This document shows, piece after piece, positions 28,571-32,000 of a stretch of DNA of 32,000 nucleotides; positions within the stretch are counted from its first letter, which is position 1; the number at the start of each line of letters is the position of its first letter. The translations under genes were made by a program, and so were the position numbers. Origin of the DNA: Pseudomonas aeruginosa. GTDB taxonomy: Bacteria; Pseudomonadota; Gammaproteobacteria; Pseudomonadales; Pseudomonadaceae. The stretch covers positions 6,000,001-6,032,000 of the forward strand of contig NZ_LN831024.1 in assembly GCF_001457615.1 (NCBI RefSeq), written 5' to 3'. The notes beneath the pieces were generated by a model, which had not been told where the DNA came from, searched no databases, and was given only the letters and a program-made list of their open reading frames with translations.

Positions 28571-29890
28571 ATGAACGCCCGCGTTCACCAGCCGGTGCAT
28601 ACCGCCCAACACGCCCCCTCCTACTACGCCGCCACGCTCAACCGACGCATCGAGTGCCCTCCCCTGGCCGGCGAAGAACAGGCCGACGTGTGCGTCGTCG
28701 GTGGCGGCTTCTCGGGAGTGAACACGGCGTTGGAACTGGCCCAGCGCGGCTTCTCCGTGGTCCTGCTGGAAGCGCACCGGATCGGCTGGGGCGCCAGTGG
28801 ACGCAATGGCGGCCAGTTGATCCGCGGCGTCGGCCATGACGTCGAGCAGTTCCTCCCGGTGATCGGCGCCGACGGCGTGAAGGCACTCAAGCTGATGGGC
28901 CTGGAGGCGGTGGAGATCGTCCGTCGCCGGGTCGAGCAGTACGCCATCGACTGCGATCTGCGCTGGGGCTACTGCGACCTGGCGAACAAGCCCGGCGACT
29001 ACCAGGGCTTCCGCGAGGACATGGAGGAACTCCAGGCCCTCGGCTATCGCCACGAGATGCGCCTGGTGCCGGCCGCGGAGATGCGCAGCGTGGTCGGCTC
29101 CGATCGCTACGTCGGCGGCCTGGTGGACATGGGCTCTGGCCACCTGCACCCGCTCAACCTGGTCCTCGGCGAAGCCGCCGCTGCCCAGTCGCTGGGCGTC
29201 CGCCTGTTCGAGCGCTCGCCGGTGACGCGGATCGACTACGGCACGGAAGTCCAGGTGCATACCGCCACCGGCAAAGTGCGGGCGAAGACCCTGGTGCTGG
29301 GCTGCAACGCCTACATGAACGACCTCAACCCGCTGCTCGGCGGCAAGGTACTGCCGGCCGGCAGCTACGTGATCGCCACCGAACCGCTGGACGAGAAACT
29401 GGCCCGCCAACTGCTGCCGCAGAACATGGCGGTGTGCGACCAGCGCGTGGCCCTCGACTACTACCGGCTCTCCGCCGACAACCGCCTGCTGTTCGGTGGC
29501 GCCTGCCATTATTCCGGCCGCGACCCCAGCGACATCGCCGCCTACATGCGGCCGAAGATGCTGGAGGTATTCCCGCAACTGGCGAACGTCCGCATCGACT
29601 ACCAATGGGGCGGCATGATCGGCATCGGCGCCAATCGCCTGCCACAGATCGGCCGCCTGCCGGGGCAGCCCAACGTGTACTTCGCCCAGGCCTATTCCGG
29701 ACACGGGGTGAACGCCACGCACCTCGCCGGGCAGTTGCTCGCCGAAGCCATCGGCGGCCAGCAGAGCGACGGCTTCGACCTGTTCGCCAAGGTGCCGCAC
29801 ATCACCTTCCCCGGCGGCAAGCTGCTGCGCTCGCCACTGCTGGCGCTGGGCATGGCCTGGTACCGGCTGAAGGAAAAACTCGGTAGCTGA
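28571..29890 (+). CDS. pauB4: FAD-dependent gamma-glutamyl-polyamine oxidoreductase (PuuB-like)
   Basis: 439 aa from ATG 28571: MNARVHQPVHTAQHAPSYYAATLNR...ADVCVVGGGFSGVNTALELAQRG, a DAO-type FAD fold. The ORF-track start at 28502 is an upstream extension. The symbol is from memory of PAO1 PA5309. Confidence 0.85.
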   Translation: MNARVHQPVHTAQHAPSYYAATLNRRIECPPLAGEEQADVCVVGGGFSGVNTALELAQRGFSVVLLEAHRIGWGASGRNGGQLIRGVGHDVEQFLPVIGADGVKALKLMGLEAVEIVRRRVEQYAIDCDLRWGYCDLANKPGDYQGFREDMEELQALGYRHEMRLVPAAEMRSVVGSDRYVGGLVDMGSGHLHPLNLVLGEAAAAQSLGVRLFERSPVTRIDYGTEVQVHTATGKVRAKTLVLGCNAYMNDLNPLLGGKVLPAGSYVIATEPLDEKLARQLLPQNMAVCDQRVALDYYRLSADNRLLFGGACHYSGRDPSDIAAYMRPKMLEVFPQLANVRIDYQWGGMIGIGANRLPQIGRLPGQPNVYFAQAYSGHGVNATHLAGQLLAEAIGGQQSDGFDLFAKVPHITFPGGKLLRSPLLALGMAWYRLKEKLGS

Positions 29891-29975
29891 GCCCATCCGA
29901 GGCTCGGTGGATTCTGAAAAAATCAGGCGGGGCATCGCTCTTCCGAGGAAAACTCCTAGAATTCGCACGACCGGG

Positions 29976-31565
29976 ATGAGCCGGTCGTTCGAGTTTCCAC
30001 GGGAGATATCCTTGCTTCGCCGATTCCTCCTGCTGGCCCTCCTGGCCCTCTCCGGCTGCGCCAGCACTCCTCCGCCGCAACCGTCGTCGGCACTGCCCGC
30101 CGAGGGTACCTGGCTGGCCAGGCAGGCCGAAATCCAGGGACGCGACCACCCCGGCCAGTCCGGCTTCCACCTCCTGGGCGCCAGCGAGGATGCCTTCGTC
30201 GCCCGCGCGGCGCTGATTCGCGCAGCCCAGCGCAGCCTCGACATCCAGTACTACATCGTCCACGACGGACTGACCACGCGCGCCCTCGCCTACGAGTTGC
30301 TCAAGGCAGCCGACCGTGGCGTGCGGGTACGCATCCTCATCGACGACACCGCCAGCGATGGCTGGGACTACGAGATCGGTGTGCTCTCCGCCCATCCGAA
30401 CATCCAGGTGCGCCTGTTCAACCCGTTGCACCTGGGCCGCGCCACCGGCATCACGCGAGGCGTCGGCCGCCTGTTCAACCTGTCCCAGCAACACCGGCGC
30501 ATGCACAACAAGCTGTGGCTGGCCGACGGCACGGCGGCCATCGTAGGCGGACGCAACCTCGGCGACGAGTATTTCAACGCCAAGCCGGAGATGAACTTCA
30601 CCGACCTCGACCTGCTCGGCGTCGGCCCCATCGCCAACCAGCTCTCGCACAGCTTCGACCAGTACTGGAACAGCGCCATCAGCCGGCCGATCGAGGATTT
30701 CCTCTGGCGCGCGCCCTATCCCGGCGAACTGGAGTCGGCCCGACGCAAGTTGCAGCGCTACCTGCGCAAGGAGTCGGTGAAGGAGTCCGGCTACATCCGC
30801 CACCTGTTCGACCGCGGCGACCAGCCACGCCTGGGCAACTGGCTGGAGAATCTCACCTGGGCCCGCGCCGAGGCGATCTGGGATGCGCCGCTGAAGGTAT
30901 TGAGCCGCGGCGAGCCCGACCCGCACCTATTGCTCAGTCCGCACCTGGCGGGCCTGTTCAAGGGCGTGCAGAAGGAACTGATCCTGGTCTCGGCGTATTT
31001 CGTTCCGGCCAAGGACGGTCTCAACTACCTCACCGGCAAGGCCGACAGCGGCGTCCGCGTGCGCCTGCTGACCAACTCCCTGGAAGCCACCGACGTGCCC
31101 GCCGTGCATGCCGGCTACGCGCCCTATCGGATGGCGCTGCTTGAGCATGGCGTTAAGCTCTACGAGCTGCGCGCCAATCCCGACCAGCCGCTGAGCGGCG
31201 CGCCCTGGCGCCTGCACGGATCGAGCAGCGCCAGCCTACACAGCAAGGCGATGGTCTTCGACCGGCGCAAGGTATTCATCGGTTCGTTCAACTTCGATCC
31301 GCGCTCGATCCTGTGGAACACCGAAGTCGGGGTCATCGTCGACAGTCCGCTGCTGGCCGAGCAGGTCCGCCAACTGGCGCTGGAGGGCATGGCGCCGAGC
31401 GTCAGCTACCAGGTGCGCATCGACCGCAGCGGTAGCCGGCCGAAGCTGGTCTGGATCGACGAACGCGACGGCCGGCCCCAGGTCCTGCGCCACGAGCCGG
31501 GCAGCCTGTGGCGACGCCTGAACGCCTGGGTCGCGGGAATGATCGGACTGGAAAAGATGCTCTGA
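29976..31565 (+). CDS. Phospholipase D / cardiolipin-synthase-superfamily lipoprotein with two HKD motifs
   Basis: 529 aa from ATG 29976. The alternative in-frame TTG at 30012 has SD GGGAGA 5 nt upstream. The lipoprotein signal LLRRFLLLALLALSGC is present. HKD motifs are HNKLWLADG (first) and HSKAMVFD...GSFNFDPRS (second). Confidence 0.85.
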   Translation: MSRSFEFPREISLLRRFLLLALLALSGCASTPPPQPSSALPAEGTWLARQAEIQGRDHPGQSGFHLLGASEDAFVARAALIRAAQRSLDIQYYIVHDGLTTRALAYELLKAADRGVRVRILIDDTASDGWDYEIGVLSAHPNIQVRLFNPLHLGRATGITRGVGRLFNLSQQHRRMHNKLWLADGTAAIVGGRNLGDEYFNAKPEMNFTDLDLLGVGPIANQLSHSFDQYWNSAISRPIEDFLWRAPYPGELESARRKLQRYLRKESVKESGYIRHLFDRGDQPRLGNWLENLTWARAEAIWDAPLKVLSRGEPDPHLLLSPHLAGLFKGVQKELILVSAYFVPAKDGLNYLTGKADSGVRVRLLTNSLEATDVPAVHAGYAPYRMALLEHGVKLYELRANPDQPLSGAPWRLHGSSSASLHSKAMVFDRRKVFIGSFNFDPRSILWNTEVGVIVDSPLLAEQVRQLALEGMAPSVSYQVRIDRSGSRPKLVWIDERDGRPQVLRHEPGSLWRRLNAWVAGMIGLEKML

Positions 31566-31568
31566 GGG

Positions 31569-32000
31569 TCACTCGGAGGCTTCCAGGCCTGTCGCCTCGT
31601 CGTCCGCCGGAATCGCCCCGCGCAGCCGCACCAGCACCACGAAGCCCGCCGCGCCGAGCGCCATCATCAACGGCAGGGCGTGACCGCTGATCCACTGGCT
31701 GGCGGCGCCGGTGGCCAGCGGGCCGAGCAGGCAGCCGATGCCCCATAGCTGCGCGACATGGGCATTGGCCCGGACCAGGGCATCGTCTCGGTAGCGCTCG
31801 CCGATCAGGATCAGCGCCAGGGTGAACAACCCGCCGGCGCTGGCCCCGAACAGCACCAGCAGCGGCCAGATCAACGGCGTCTGCAGCAGCAGGGGAATCG
31901 CCAGGCTGCTCAGCAGCAGCACCAGGCCGCAGCCGCCGAACAGGCCGCTGCGCGAGACCCGGTCGGCGAGCCAGCCGATCGGCAGCTGCAACAATGCATC
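31569..32000 (-). CDS. MFS transporter, C-terminal part only (ORF continues beyond the right edge)
   Basis: The frame is open from the window edge to stop 31571..31569. It contains the MFS loop motif PIGWLADRVSR followed by four to five hydrophobic helices. Only 3 nt separate this stop from the PLD gene stop. Confidence 0.75.
   Translation of the reverse strand, partial: DALLQLPIGWLADRVSRSGLFGGCGLVLLLSSLAIPLLLQTPLIWPLLVLFGASAGGLFTLALILIGERYRDDALVRANAHVAQLWGIGCLLGPLATGAASQWISGHALPLMMALGAAGFVVLVRLRGAIPADDEATGLEASE

Overview
This is a very GC-rich, gene-dense chromosomal segment. Gene content, gene order and the protein sequences themselves match the Pseudomonas aeruginosa core genome. Locus tags from memory, not searched: roughly PA5284 to PA5311 of PAO1.

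Gene order, left to right: exported hypothetical (partial), sutA, yjbQ-like, amtB-glnK, ubiK, comM/yifB, betT2, pchP, LysR regulator, MATE exporter, proE (GGDEF-EAL), rep, poxB, xpt, CoA-transferase-like, cycB, pauR, dadX-ridA-dadA, ydbL-ynbE-ydbH, lrp/dadR, pauB4, PLD-family lipoprotein, MFS transporter (partial).

I found no tRNA, rRNA, CRISPR array, IS element, integrase, prophage gene or compositional island. Every long ORF antisense to these genes looks like a GC-driven shadow ORF.

I do not see a convincing previously undescribed multi-gene system, and the window reads as ordinary housekeeping and metabolic core genome. The observations most worth a second look are:
1. Two conserved genes, sutA and pchP, are each broken by a small indel in a short G/C run. 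This is either real loss of function or assembly error.
2. An intact ydbH-ynbE-ydbL operon (AsmA-like lipid-bridge module) sits between the dad operon and its regulator gene.
3. A canonical intrinsic terminator lies inside the dadA-ridA-dadX cluster.
4. There are several candidate regulatory sites: sigma-54/NtrC-like motifs at glnK and pchP, and perfect palindromes upstream of poxB, the MATE gene and lrp.

All regulatory calls rest on pattern matching by eye and have low confidence.
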